From IMG/VR virus record IMGVR_UViG_3300049444_000032, positions 1 to 29,632 of that record: a DNA stretch of 29,632 nt. One strand, 5' to 3'. Every line of letters begins with the position of its first letter. Within the stretch, counting starts at the first letter, position 1. The notes beneath the pieces are model-generated. The model did not search any database. It had not been told where the DNA came from and saw nothing but the letters and a program-made list of their open reading frames with translations. This document shows, piece after piece, positions 1-9,390 of this stretch. Origin of the DNA: a virus. Lineage: Duplodnaviria; Caudoviricetes. A program made the position numbers and the translations under genes.

Positions 1-610
1 AAACGATCAGAGAGTTAAGATTGGGGTTTTGGGTCAGCGTGAATACCGTCCCTGTCCCGCCGCTCGGTGTCTCGGTGACAAACGTCCCGATATTCGCCAC
101 CGATGATGGCAAGTCCGGTATCGCCTGCGGCGGCACATCGAGCAGCGCGGCCTGAATCGTATTGATCTCCGAATTGGCCAGCACCACGTTGGCCTTGCAA
201 ATATGGCTGATGTGGATGCCGCTCCGATGGCCGACCCAACTGCCGCCCGAATTAAACGGATTACTTTGCGTCGGCGTCGACATAGGCGAACGGTCCTCGA
301 ACCAGATCAGTGTGTTGGCGTTGTTGAGCACATTTTCGACCCCGAAGGTTAGTTCATCGGTCGCCCCCATCGATAGCCCGAGAGGGACTTCAAAGGTAAT
401 CGGCGAGTATTGAAAGCGTGGCACGTTGACGCCTATGTCATGAATGTAACCGTCCCGGCGCTGCGCGGTACTGGTTGATGGTCGGGTAAATGTCACCGGG
501 TCAATTCCAAGGAAGTCGAGATTATCTGTCAACGGCGCATAAAAAGTTATCTTGTTGCGCAGCGTGTAAGGGAGCTTCAAAATATTGGCTATGGTCCAAA
601 ATTGCAGCAT
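1..610 (-). CDS. Tail fibre/spike-like virion protein, N-terminal part (runs off left edge; not in ORF track)
   Basis: Manual translation from ATG at 610 is open to the edge: MLQFWTIANILKLPYTLRNKITFYAPLT...VTFTRPSTSTAQRRDGYIHDIGVNVPRFQY...ETPSGGTGTVFTLTQNP. TFTRxS...NVPRF is typical of phage fibre/spike proteins; follows the J gene. Confidence 0.7.
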   Translation of the reverse strand, partial: MLQFWTIANILKLPYTLRNKITFYAPLTDNLDFLGIDPVTFTRPSTSTAQRRDGYIHDIGVNVPRFQYSPITFEVPLGLSMGATDELTFGVENVLNNANTLIWFEDRSPMSTPTQSNPFNSGGSWVGHRSGIHISHICKANVVLANSEINTIQAALLDVPPQAIPDLPSSVANIGTFVTETPSGGTGTVFTLTQNPNLNSLIV

Positions 611-616
611 CTCAAT

Positions 617-693
617 AATTGATAATGGAAAATTGAAAATTGATAATTATTCGGATCAGATAATTCTCAATTATCCATTCTCCATTTTCCATT
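617..693. repeat. Imperfect palindrome built from AATKGAN heptamers (copy 1)
   Basis: AATTGAT AATGGAA AATTGAA AATTGAT AATTAT, 9-nt loop, ATAATT CTCAATT ATCCATT CTCCATT TTCCATT. Confidence 0.85.
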
Positions 694-3600
694 AGACAAT
701 GTCCGCATCCGTAATCTTTTGCAGTTGAAAATCGTTGGACTGCACCCAGCCGCTGATGTTGCCGCTGAAATCAATCGAGCGCACTCGCGTATAAAGATTG
801 ACCCCGTATGGCGGCGGGTTGTTCGACATATCGAAAACCATGCGCACGTTGCTCGTCTGCCCTACCAGACCGGCGCTCGTTCCTGCTCTGGCGTTGGCGT
901 AGCCCACTAAATTCCCCCTATAGGGGTTGCCTGACGCATCGAGTAGGAAATCGAATTTCCAAACCTCCGCCTCTATTGCCGCAAGGTCCAATGAAGTCGG
1001 CAGAGCAAACGTCGCCTGAATCGTGACGCTCTTTAAAACCCCCCAGCTCTCCACAAAAGCCGGAGGGTTGGGCGGTACGGTGTCGCCGCTCAATGTAACG
1101 GGGTCTCTGACTAGCGGGGAGATGTTATTGAAAACTCCGCTTTGATTGTACGGGGTGAATCTATGATAATAAGTCCCGCCCTGATCACCGCCGTCGCGCT
1201 CGTAATGCGTGCCGACGGGCCGCGCCACTTCTAGCCAATGCTGTCGATCCGTAGACTGCTCAATCTTGAATCCATACGTCTCTGAAAACTGAGTCCAGCG
1301 AATCCGGTACATCGTGCCAGCGGTCGGCAGGCCGGGAAACTCCACGCACGCCGCCGAGCGCGTAAGCGCGTCGTAAAATACAATCTGCCTTTCGATGTCG
1401 TGAAACGGCCCATCGGCGATCATTAAGAAAGCGCCCATGTAATAATTGGTTTGTTCGGGCTGGCGTGGTTCATCGATAGCTAAAATAATGACGGTCGTGG
1501 GACCGCCGGTCACACCGGGGATAGGCGGTTGAGTATGCGCATTGTCCGACATGCGGCCACCGTGAACGGCCAGGCCGCGCGTAACGTCGAAAAGGATCAC
1601 CGACCCCCATGAGCCGTCCTTTCTTTGAACCAATTGATTTTGGACGGTGGCGTCGCGGATCGGAATTGGCGGCACGAGACTCAAGGGAAATCGCTTGCGG
1701 TCTATGCCCGGCGGCAACGGATCGGGATCATAAACCGCTTCTATATATTCCGTACGTATTTGCGTGATATGCCCCTGGTCATCGATTTGAAAATCCCTCG
1801 CGCGCGTGACGATATGATCGATAGACTGCTCGCCGATGGCAAAGATCGCCCCCTCTTCCGGTAGATTGTCGAATACCGTAGCCACTCCGACCTGACTCCA
1901 ACGCCCCGCGCCGGTGGCGAGCAAGCGCGTTTCGCATAGGCTCATTCCCTTGTGTTGAATAATGGCGAGATAATTTTTCCCTACGTCGAGATCGATGGCA
2001 TAGGGCAGATTGAGCGTCCCGAGCGTACATCCCGCCGGCAGCACTCCGGTATATGCGCCGATGTCGCCGATGGTGCGCTCACTGAGCCAATCCAAATCGA
2101 ACGGCTCGCCTATCAACTGGCTGGATGGCGAAACGAAACTGAACCTGCGCCTTTCTAAATCCTGGCGTTTCATTTGGATCATGTTTTCGCGGATTACTTC
2201 ACTTTCGCGGGTAAGGGTCTCGTACGCGACGATCTTTTGATTGATCGAAGTCCTCGGCATGATTGAATCTACCGGTTGGGAAAGCTCGCTGGTGTAGTCG
2301 GATGTCAAATCTCTAAACTGCCCGACGATCTGATTGAACGGATCTTCAGGCGGTGAAATCTCCATCGAGATCGACCCTTCGAGGATATTGCCCGGCTCGG
2401 CGAGCAACAGATTCGGCGTGCCCGGCTTATCGACGACATATTTCCACTTAAGCCCCGATGGGATCACGCAGGCGCGTCCCTCGCTGGCCACGCGCTTGAT
2501 CCAGTCCCAATCCCAACGCCGCTCGGTTATACCGACGTCGCAAACGTCGCGTTGTTCGGTCCCGCCACCCTGCGCCGGGACGGCTTGGTCATAGTAATCG
2601 AGCGCCTCATAATGCCATTGAGGATCGTCGATCTCCGCCTCGGCGAACTCGTATCCCATGCCGCAAGTCGGATGCGTCATCATGTCGCGCACAATTAACG
2701 TCCGCGCGCGCGTATAGCCCAGGCCGCCGCCCAGCATGGGGTTCTTACATTTTTTCCCCTTGACCCACGCGCTCACCTCGACGGCCTGAAGATTTCTGAC
2801 TTGATTGCCCTGAAGGCCGGTAATGCCGAGCAGCACATAGCCGGGATAATTCGTTGTCGTAAAAATTAACTCTTCGACGTTAAATAACGCGACCGTCGTG
2901 GAGTGACTATCGCTGGGCAACCCGGTGTGAGCACTGGCTACCGTGAGGCGCACAGTCCACTGACCAGGAGTGCCGAGTTCGCTATGCCAGATAGAGCCTT
3001 CATTTCGTCCGGCCTGCTGCCAGTGCTGAAATGCGCCGTAGGGATGAGCGCCGTGATAGGGATCGGCGGCAACGTCAGGACGGTCGAGCCAATATTGCTG
3101 CGCTGCCGCTAGAGAAAATATCGAGGTGTCTATCCAAATGTCAGAGAAGAACGGTGTCCGGCGGGCGTCCTCGATGTGCCAAGTGGACGACTCATATGAG
3201 GGATATGGAATAAAGGCTTCGGGAGGATCGGAAGCTTTTTTTAATTCAACGAGCAGCGTTACAAAATCGGCCCGAAATTTTCCAGAATCGGGGATGCGAA
3301 AAAGACCGCCGGGAAATTGCAAAATCAACTTGATCGTATTGACGTCATTTCCAAGCGTAGTGTAAACAATCGGCGTGCCCGTCTCGGTCGTGTCATCGTA
3401 GGGCAGCGTTCTGCCATCGGCGAATAGATTAGAAGTCCGTTCAAATTCGGGAATAACCGTTTGATCGAGACTGCCGAGCCGGGTATGAACCGTGACGCCC
3501 TGATATTGATTGACCGGAATCCGGTCTATCTTAACGTCATAGATCGCCTCGTATTCATCGCCTCCGCTATCGCCCATGCAATAAAGTATGTGCGCCTCCA

Positions 3601-4102
3601 TGACACTATAATCGGCGGACAAGTTCGCGCCCGACGCGATGACGTGGCCCCAGACCCTTTGCTCGCCGTACCAGACCGGGATCGGCACTCCTTGTCCTGT
3701 CGTATTTGTAAAGCCGGTGACACCAAAGGCCTGGCCGCCGCCGTCAAGTTTCGGCGCTTTGGGGTTGGGCGTAAGTGCGCGCACGGCCATCGATATCGAC
3801 AATGCAATCGCCGTATTGATAACCGTAGCAATGACCGTCGACACTAGCCCTGCATAGGCGCCGGCCCATGCTAAATAAGGCACAAAGAATAATAAGGGAA
3901 CTCCTGTTTTTACGCTTAACCGGATGCGGTCGCCGTTTTGCGGGACATGATTCTGCCAATCAGAGACTAGCCGTCCGTTAATCAAGCACGACTCGATGGC
4001 CGGCTCGTATTGCTTGAGCAATGTGGCGAGGTTGGCCCCATGCGCATCAATCGCAGCGCTCTCTTCGTGACCTGCCGGGCCGTCTGAAACCGTTAAGAGC
4101 AT
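692..4102 (-). CDS. Tail tip / host-specificity protein (lambda J-like), with N-terminal tail assembly I-like region
   Basis: 1136 aa; NTTGQGVPIPVWYGEQRVWGHVI motif, VKGKK, DMMTHPTCGMG, C-terminal FN3-like segments (DTVPPNPP...VRSIDFSGNISGW); last of the tail tip genes. Confidence 0.9.
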   Translation of the reverse strand: MLLTVSDGPAGHEESAAIDAHGANLATLLKQYEPAIESCLINGRLVSDWQNHVPQNGDRIRLSVKTGVPLLFFVPYLAWAGAYAGLVSTVIATVINTAIALSISMAVRALTPNPKAPKLDGGGQAFGVTGFTNTTGQGVPIPVWYGEQRVWGHVIASGANLSADYSVMEAHILYCMGDSGGDEYEAIYDVKIDRIPVNQYQGVTVHTRLGSLDQTVIPEFERTSNLFADGRTLPYDDTTETGTPIVYTTLGNDVNTIKLILQFPGGLFRIPDSGKFRADFVTLLVELKKASDPPEAFIPYPSYESSTWHIEDARRTPFFSDIWIDTSIFSLAAAQQYWLDRPDVAADPYHGAHPYGAFQHWQQAGRNEGSIWHSELGTPGQWTVRLTVASAHTGLPSDSHSTTVALFNVEELIFTTTNYPGYVLLGITGLQGNQVRNLQAVEVSAWVKGKKCKNPMLGGGLGYTRARTLIVRDMMTHPTCGMGYEFAEAEIDDPQWHYEALDYYDQAVPAQGGGTEQRDVCDVGITERRWDWDWIKRVASEGRACVIPSGLKWKYVVDKPGTPNLLLAEPGNILEGSISMEISPPEDPFNQIVGQFRDLTSDYTSELSQPVDSIMPRTSINQKIVAYETLTRESEVIRENMIQMKRQDLERRRFSFVSPSSQLIGEPFDLDWLSERTIGDIGAYTGVLPAGCTLGTLNLPYAIDLDVGKNYLAIIQHKGMSLCETRLLATGAGRWSQVGVATVFDNLPEEGAIFAIGEQSIDHIVTRARDFQIDDQGHITQIRTEYIEAVYDPDPLPPGIDRKRFPLSLVPPIPIRDATVQNQLVQRKDGSWGSVILFDVTRGLAVHGGRMSDNAHTQPPIPGVTGGPTTVIILAIDEPRQPEQTNYYMGAFLMIADGPFHDIERQIVFYDALTRSAACVEFPGLPTAGTMYRIRWTQFSETYGFKIEQSTDRQHWLEVARPVGTHYERDGGDQGGTYYHRFTPYNQSGVFNNISPLVRDPVTLSGDTVPPNPPAFVESWGVLKSVTIQATFALPTSLDLAAIEAEVWKFDFLLDASGNPYRGNLVGYANARAGTSAGLVGQTSNVRMVFDMSNNPPPYGVNLYTRVRSIDFSGNISGWVQSNDFQLQKITDADIV

Positions 4103-4482
4103 AAATCCTTGTGTCTATAAAATCCTTTAACCGATGACTCCCAAGTCGGATGACTTATATCGATCTTGCCGACTCCGTTTGTCTGCGGGAGGCATTGAAT
4201 ACTTTTCCGATAATCGAGCATCACGCCGATATGGAAACCGCCGCCGACAAATTGAACGCCGTGAAAAACCACGATGTCACCGAACTGCGGCGTGTCTACC
4301 TTCACAAAATTGCGCGCTTCCTTCATAGCCTCTTTAGTAGTTTCAATTCCCATCTCGGCGTAAAATTTCATGCAGAATTTAAGACACCCCTCATCTTCGT
4401 AGGGCAAGCCGAGCCAGCCGCCGAGCGCCATCGGCTTGTTGCAAAGGACGTAAATTCTTTTTTTTGTTTCGTCGTCAATCAT
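4093..4482 (-). CDS. NlpC/P60-like tail tip protein (lambda K-like)
   Basis: WLGLPY...GCLKF, PQFGDIVVF, HIGVML motifs; lies just upstream of J. Confidence 0.8.
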   Translation of the reverse strand: MIDDETKKRIYVLCNKPMALGGWLGLPYEDEGCLKFCMKFYAEMGIETTKEAMKEARNFVKVDTPQFGDIVVFHGVQFVGGGFHIGVMLDYRKSIQCLPQTNGVGKIDISHPTWESSVKGFYRHKDLCS

Positions 4483-4979
4483 GCGATGCGCGGGACTTCA
4501 GGGTTCAGCCCTGGAAATTCTTCTTGCGTATAAACTTTCCTCGGCAATACGCCACGCCCAAGCCAGCGCCCAACAGTGAAAATCACCATCGATTGATCCG
4601 CTTTGACCGCCTTTATTTTAACTATCCTTTCCCAATGTCCGGTTAGTTGATTGAGCAAGTCGGCATGAAGCAGCCGCAGCGTGACCACGTTTCCCGTCAC
4701 GTCGATCTGTTTGACGTATTTTCCGGCAAGTCCCGCCAAGTTGCTGACCGTAATCGTCGCCGCATCGATCGACATACCTTGACTCGTTTTCATGTTATCC
4801 CACATCATCACAATCGGCTGCCAAGTATGTCCGTTCCATGTAATAGCCTCAGGATTGTGTGCCCAATAAGAGATCACCGGCCCGACCGGATTTTCGACTA
4901 ACTCGACCGTCTTGATGAATCGCCCGCCTTCGTAGTTCGCCGTGAGCTTGCGGATATAACCATCGTCGAGAATTAACAT
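4479..4979 (-). CDS. Tail tip / hub protein (lambda L- or DUF1833-like)
   Basis: ITWNGHTWQP, ATITVSNL, LPRKVY..FPG motifs; position between distal tail gene and NlpC. Confidence 0.7.
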   Translation of the reverse strand: MLILDDGYIRKLTANYEGGRFIKTVELVENPVGPVISYWAHNPEAITWNGHTWQPIVMMWDNMKTSQGMSIDAATITVSNLAGLAGKYVKQIDVTGNVVTLRLLHADLLNQLTGHWERIVKIKAVKADQSMVIFTVGRWLGRGVLPRKVYTQEEFPGLNPEVPRIA

Positions 4980-4991
4980 TCATCGCCACCC

Positions 4992-5567
4992 CTAAGTTGC
5001 AACTTCTTCGATAACCAGCTTCAGCCGATGGATATTTTCGGCTGTCACCTGCGAGCGAAAGCTCCGCGCCATCGATGTTTTTTCCTCCGTCCGCAGCACG
5101 CATTTAATCCGTCGCCTGTACTTCGCCGTGATCGGATAGTTGGAATTGATGACGCCGGTAAACCGGATCGCATCGCAGGTAATCCCATCGCCGCCGAGCG
5201 GCGTCCACGCTTGATAAAAAGTCCCGTTGATGTAGATCACCAGCGACGAAACAAACACGAAACGATGCGGTAGATCGTAGTCGGTTGCGCTAAAATTTCC
5301 CATGCTGACCAATATCGGCGCGACTACCTCACCGAAGCCCGCGCCGTCAAACCAGAAAGGCGTGTCGCCCTGGACGTGCTCCAGTAGCCCCAGCAACGGC
5401 CCGAGCAATTCCTGACGGCCCGGTACGACTAGCTCCCAGCTCGATAGCGGGCGTTTCTGCAAGCGCCGAAACATCATGGTGCCGTTGCCAACCGGGTCTT
5501 TCATCGTCGGCATGGAAATGGTTTGCGGCATGACGTGCTCTGGAGCGCAACAAATTGTGTACGCCAT
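4992..5567 (-). CDS. Distal tail protein (DUF2460-like)
   Basis: Follows tape measure; QGDTPFWFD motif and a beta-rich insert. Confidence 0.6.
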   Translation of the reverse strand: MAYTICCAPEHVMPQTISMPTMKDPVGNGTMMFRRLQKRPLSSWELVVPGRQELLGPLLGLLEHVQGDTPFWFDGAGFGEVVAPILVSMGNFSATDYDLPHRFVFVSSLVIYINGTFYQAWTPLGGDGITCDAIRFTGVINSNYPITAKYRRRIKCVLRTEEKTSMARSFRSQVTAENIHRLKLVIEEVAT

Positions 5568-5692
5568 TATTCCGCTCGCTCACATTTTTCTATAGTCAGT
5601 AATAATTCCGTCATCCTTCGCAGAATAATTACTGCTAACCAATGCGGACAAAAGCGAGATTCAAATATACGCCGGTAAGTACTTAGCCTCAT
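5567..5692 (-). CDS. Small hypothetical protein, 41 aa (not in ORF track)
   Basis: MRLSTYRRIFESRFCPHWLAVIILRRMTELLLTIEKCERAE; ATGA overlap with the tape measure stop and TAATG overlap with the next start fill the gap exactly. Confidence 0.5.
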   Translation of the reverse strand: MRLSTYRRIFESRFCPHWLAVIILRRMTELLLTIEKCERAE

Positions 5693-7968
5693 TTGCCCCT
5701 CAATCGTAGTCTCTGTTCAATCGCGCTCATCACCATTCCATCATTGGTGATATTTCCCGCCGTGACTTTCACAACCTGGTCCGGCGTCATGTTCGGCTGC
5801 CGTGGCGTGATGTCGCCGTTGATTTCCACATTGACGACGCTGCCGCCGCTGCCCGGTACCTTGCCCGTCTTATTCATCATTCCAAGCGTATCCGCGCCGA
5901 TGTTATCGACGGCTTTTTTTTGCATGACGAATTCGCCGCCGTGGCCGATGAAAAGCCCTCCGCTGGCGAAAGACGGGATCATCCCGCCGCGAGCGAAGCC
6001 GGGACCGGCCAATAATTCGGGACCGGCGGCACCGGCGCTGCCGAAGGAGAGACCCGAACCGAAAATGCTGCTTAGACCGGAACCGAGCCATGACGAGACT
6101 TGCTTGCCGAGGTCTTTCGCCCAATCTTTTAATTGAGTATTTGCGGCGTCGTCCAAGGCACCGACTAGCCCAGAGATAAAACCCGCGGCGATGGCCTTTA
6201 ATGGTTCGAGGATTGTTTTGTCGAATATCGCGCCTTCGAGTTCTATCATCATGTTGCGGACCAGATTTTTCATTCCCTCGCCGAGGCTTTGCTGGCCGGT
6301 CTCGATGCCGAGTAGAGTGTTGCGCATACCCGATGTTAAAGAATCGGCGAGGTCCGCGCCCAATTTATCGGCCCGCGCTTTTGCTTCTTCTTCGGCGTCA
6401 ACGCCTTCACCTGTAAAGCCGACTCTTGCGCGTACTTGTTCCAGCGCCTTATCGATCAATAATCGGCGCGTGACCGATTCTATTTCGTCTGGCAAAGCAC
6501 CCGCCGCGGCCGCGGCCGCTTGGGCGTCGGCGACCAGCTTGATATATTTTCGGCTGATCTGATCGAGCGTCTTTGAAAGATCGTCTAGGCCCAGGCTCTC
6601 CGCGTCCATCTTGATCGCGGCCCATTTCTCCTCGGCATCGGTCAACGCGTCTATATCTTTGATCCATGCCTTAGAAATAGCTTGAATATCTTCAATCGCT
6701 TGAAGTTCTAACCGTAATTGATCGGTCAATTCACGGCGACGGTCTTGCTCCTTTTTCAACGCATCCGAAATACCCTTCGAATTTTCCTCCATCTCTTGCT
6801 GTGCGAGTATATAATTCTGGGCGTATTCCTTGCCGTAGTTCAATTCGATTATTTGCGCTTGAAGCGCAACGTTGGCTTTTTGGATAGCCTCGATCATCCG
6901 CTTCATGTCATCAGCTGCTTTTTGATCGAATGGCGGTTTAAATGCCGCCGTTCCACCTTCACCGACTGCCTCATGCGAGGATGGCGATTCAAGCTCGGCT
7001 CGAAAATCTTGAATCTGCTTAATCATGTCGGTCCACATCTGGGAATTGAAATCGAGTTTATTAAAACTCAAAAACTCCAAAGCGAGTGGAGCGACACGAA
7101 TTATTTTTAGAAATGCTTCGTAAAGGCGGAGAACTTCCAACTGCGTATTACGCAAACCTTGAGCGAATGAGGTTAGAGAACTCGTCGCGGCAGTACCAAC
7201 CAAATCCTTAAAAAAATCCAGCCCGGCATTAAGCGCCGCCCAATCATTGCTTAATTGTCGAATAACGTCAGCTATCTCTGTCGCCGCGAATAATTTCGCC
7301 GCATTGGACGCCCGGACCCAACCATCTGCGAAGTCGTCCAGCACTTGTACATCAGCCGGCGTTAATCCTGATCGTTTGAGTTCATCGAGTTTTCCCGCCA
7401 TCTCCAATAAGGCAGGAACGAGTTCTCGCGCCTGTTTACCCATCGCTTGAAAAGCGAGTGCGTTGCGGTTGATAGGATTTTCTTGCTTGGAAAGTGCGGT
7501 GCTAATTAAATCTAAGAATTTATCGGTATCGGCATTTTGCAATTCCCTAAGATTTAAGCCGAGTTCTTTGAATGCTTGCGCGGTTGGATCGGCGTCGTTT
7601 TTGATCGTGCCGAGTTCTTTCTGCAGTCGAAAAATACCTGTAGAAAATGCCTCTAAGTTCGTGCCGTTTTCTTCGAGTACGCTTTTGATGCCGCTCAATG
7701 TCTGGACGGAAATTCCAGTCTGAACGCTCAAATCTTTGAGACGGGAACCTAATTGAATGACTGAATTAGCGAAGGCCGTAACCGCGCCGATGCTAAATCC
7801 TACGCCGAGTGAGGATGCTAGGGTTTTCCCGAAGCTGAGTGCTTGCGCTTCGATGTTGGTGAAGCTCGATTTAAATATTCCTTCCATCTGACGCACGTCG
7901 AGACGGAGCTGGCCGAGCTCGGCGCGCATCGACACCAAGAGCTCTCCGACTTGGCCTTTTGCAGCCAT
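5689..7968 (-). CDS. Tape measure protein
   Basis: 759 aa, helical and Ala/Leu-rich; VGELLVSMRAE N-terminus; FARGG..FASGG..GEFV C-terminal motifs. Confidence 0.93.
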   Translation of the reverse strand: MAAKGQVGELLVSMRAELGQLRLDVRQMEGIFKSSFTNIEAQALSFGKTLASSLGVGFSIGAVTAFANSVIQLGSRLKDLSVQTGISVQTLSGIKSVLEENGTNLEAFSTGIFRLQKELGTIKNDADPTAQAFKELGLNLRELQNADTDKFLDLISTALSKQENPINRNALAFQAMGKQARELVPALLEMAGKLDELKRSGLTPADVQVLDDFADGWVRASNAAKLFAATEIADVIRQLSNDWAALNAGLDFFKDLVGTAATSSLTSFAQGLRNTQLEVLRLYEAFLKIIRVAPLALEFLSFNKLDFNSQMWTDMIKQIQDFRAELESPSSHEAVGEGGTAAFKPPFDQKAADDMKRMIEAIQKANVALQAQIIELNYGKEYAQNYILAQQEMEENSKGISDALKKEQDRRRELTDQLRLELQAIEDIQAISKAWIKDIDALTDAEEKWAAIKMDAESLGLDDLSKTLDQISRKYIKLVADAQAAAAAAGALPDEIESVTRRLLIDKALEQVRARVGFTGEGVDAEEEAKARADKLGADLADSLTSGMRNTLLGIETGQQSLGEGMKNLVRNMMIELEGAIFDKTILEPLKAIAAGFISGLVGALDDAANTQLKDWAKDLGKQVSSWLGSGLSSIFGSGLSFGSAGAAGPELLAGPGFARGGMIPSFASGGLFIGHGGEFVMQKKAVDNIGADTLGMMNKTGKVPGSGGSVVNVEINGDITPRQPNMTPDQVVKVTAGNITNDGMVMSAIEQRLRLRGK

Positions 7969-8705
7969 TATACAAGCCTCAACTGTGCAGCTATGCGCCC
8001 TGCACCACGTTTGAGATTACAAATCAGATGAGCAACAGCGACGTTTTGTTTTGTGTGTGATCCGCCTCTTGAGAGCGGGATAAGATGATCGAAGGAAAGA
8101 TTTTTTTTAGCAACGCGCTTACCGCAAATATGACATTTGTATCCATCGCGTTTTAAAATTTCTTTCAATGAAAATTTTTCAAAACCATTTCCAAGCTTCC
8201 ACGCTTTTCTTCGACCATAATATTGTTGCTTTAAAATTTTCACTTTATCAGGATTGTTGAGTCGCCATTTGCGGTCATTCTCTTTATCTCTTTCTAAATT
8301 TCTTAATCTCCAGTGCTTTGCATATTCTCGCCGCGGTATTGGATTGCGTTGATATGATTTTCTAACAGCTTCACGCGCTGCTTCGGGATTCATCCAATAA
8401 TATTTGCGACTATATTGTCTCATCTTGCCGGTATTGGCGTCATAATATTTCTTCCGGCTCTCCGCGCATTTTTCAGGATTCGCCGCATAGTATTTACGCA
8501 TGTGAATCCGCTGCGCTTCTCTTGCGTGCTCACGATTATCTGCTCGCCATTTTACCTGGCGCTTCGCTTTGCACGTTTTACATTCTCGCGTCCAATAGCC
8601 TCTGCCGTTTTTGTAAAATTCCGAACTGTCCTGTGCAGCTTCGCATTTTTTGCAAATAATAGTCATGAGCGCAGACTTTAGCACACTTGCCGTATTACTG
8701 CGCAT
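7968..8705 (-). CDS. Free-standing HNH endonuclease (start probably ATG 8705 or 8666)
   Basis: CKKC...CKTC zinc knuckle, repeated basic helices (NPEK..E..KKYY type), C-terminal RDGYKCHICG...DHLIPLSRGGSH...NVAVAHLICNLKRG; AT-richer than neighbours. Confidence 0.88.
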   Translation of the reverse strand: MRSNTASVLKSALMTIICKKCEAAQDSSEFYKNGRGYWTRECKTCKAKRQVKWRADNREHAREAQRIHMRKYYAANPEKCAESRKKYYDANTGKMRQYSRKYYWMNPEAAREAVRKSYQRNPIPRREYAKHWRLRNLERDKENDRKWRLNNPDKVKILKQQYYGRRKAWKLGNGFEKFSLKEILKRDGYKCHICGKRVAKKNLSFDHLIPLSRGGSHTKQNVAVAHLICNLKRGAGRIAAQLRLV

Positions 8706-9022
8706 TTTTCTCGACCTTCGCGAAAAATTTATCCAAGAAAAATTCCGATTCCTCCTCTGAAAGATATTTCGGTGATGGTGGAAAAGGCAGCAGATCGGCA
8801 AACTCGATCGGCTGGCCGCGGCCGCCGAACATATTGGCGACCGTGGCAGTTAGGAGCGCGACGGGACGCGCCTGGCGGTTCTCTCTTTCAATCCACTGCT
8901 CTGATAATAAACGGAGTTCGAACGGTGTGAGCGCCCAGAATTCCTGCGAGGAAAGTCCTAAGTCTATTCGAGCGAAGGACCAGAGATCGCTGTCCCATTG
9001 AGTTTCATCAAATTTTTTTTTT
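8695..9022 (-). CDS. Tail assembly chaperone C-terminal extension (gpGT-like), reached by -1 frameshift
   Basis: The -1 frame from the A-run reads KKFDETQWDSDLWSFARIDLGLSSQEFWALTPFELRLL...KVEKNAQ, stop at 8695-8697; LGLS..EFW.LTP.E is the gpT-type motif. Confidence 0.85.
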
Positions 9023-9389
9023 CCGCTGATTCAATGGGCGTCTCGTCTGTCTTGGGCTCGATCTTTAAATAGGTTTCGGTGATAACTCTCAAGGTCAACT
9101 GCATCACGTCGCGCAGGTCGAAGGGCATCTGGCCGACCGCGTCGATCGACAGATCGGGATCTTCATGGAGCATCGAGGCCCATAAAATCGCCTCGCAGAA
9201 GTCCATGCCAACGTCGCCCTGCTCGACCTGCGGCAACTCTTCCATCATGATCCGGAAAATCGCTTTGCGCGGTTGCAGCCCTCGCGACTTGTTGAGTTCG
9301 CGCTCTGCCGCCTTGAGCCCGCCGACGGTCAATAACAGCCGGCGCGGTTTGTCGAGGTCGATTTCAATAGGTTGTACGCCTGCTCTCAT
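8964..9389 (-). CDS. Tail assembly chaperone (gpG-like)
   Basis: IEIDLDKPRRLLLT, LWASMLHEDPDLS; sits between tail tube and tape measure. Confidence 0.85.
   Translation of the reverse strand: MRAGVQPIEIDLDKPRRLLLTVGGLKAAERELNKSRGLQPRKAIFRIMMEELPQVEQGDVGMDFCEAILWASMLHEDPDLSIDAVGQMPFDLRDVMQLTLRVITETYLKIEPKTDETPIESAEKKNLMKLNGTAISGPSLE
9010..9024 (-). other. Programmed -1 ribosomal frameshift slippery site
   Basis: GCG GAA AAA AAA AAT TTG near the end of the chaperone gene, with an open -1 frame. Confidence 0.85.
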
Positions 9390-9390
9390 T

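Noticed and set aside
1-4102. Diversity-generating retroelement acting on tail genes
   Set aside because: No reverse transcriptase, Avd or adenine-variable repeat pair visible in the window
8706-8801. 277-aa version of the tail HNH starting at 8801
   Set aside because: Overlaps the frameshifted chaperone extension; ATG 8705 or 8666 fits better
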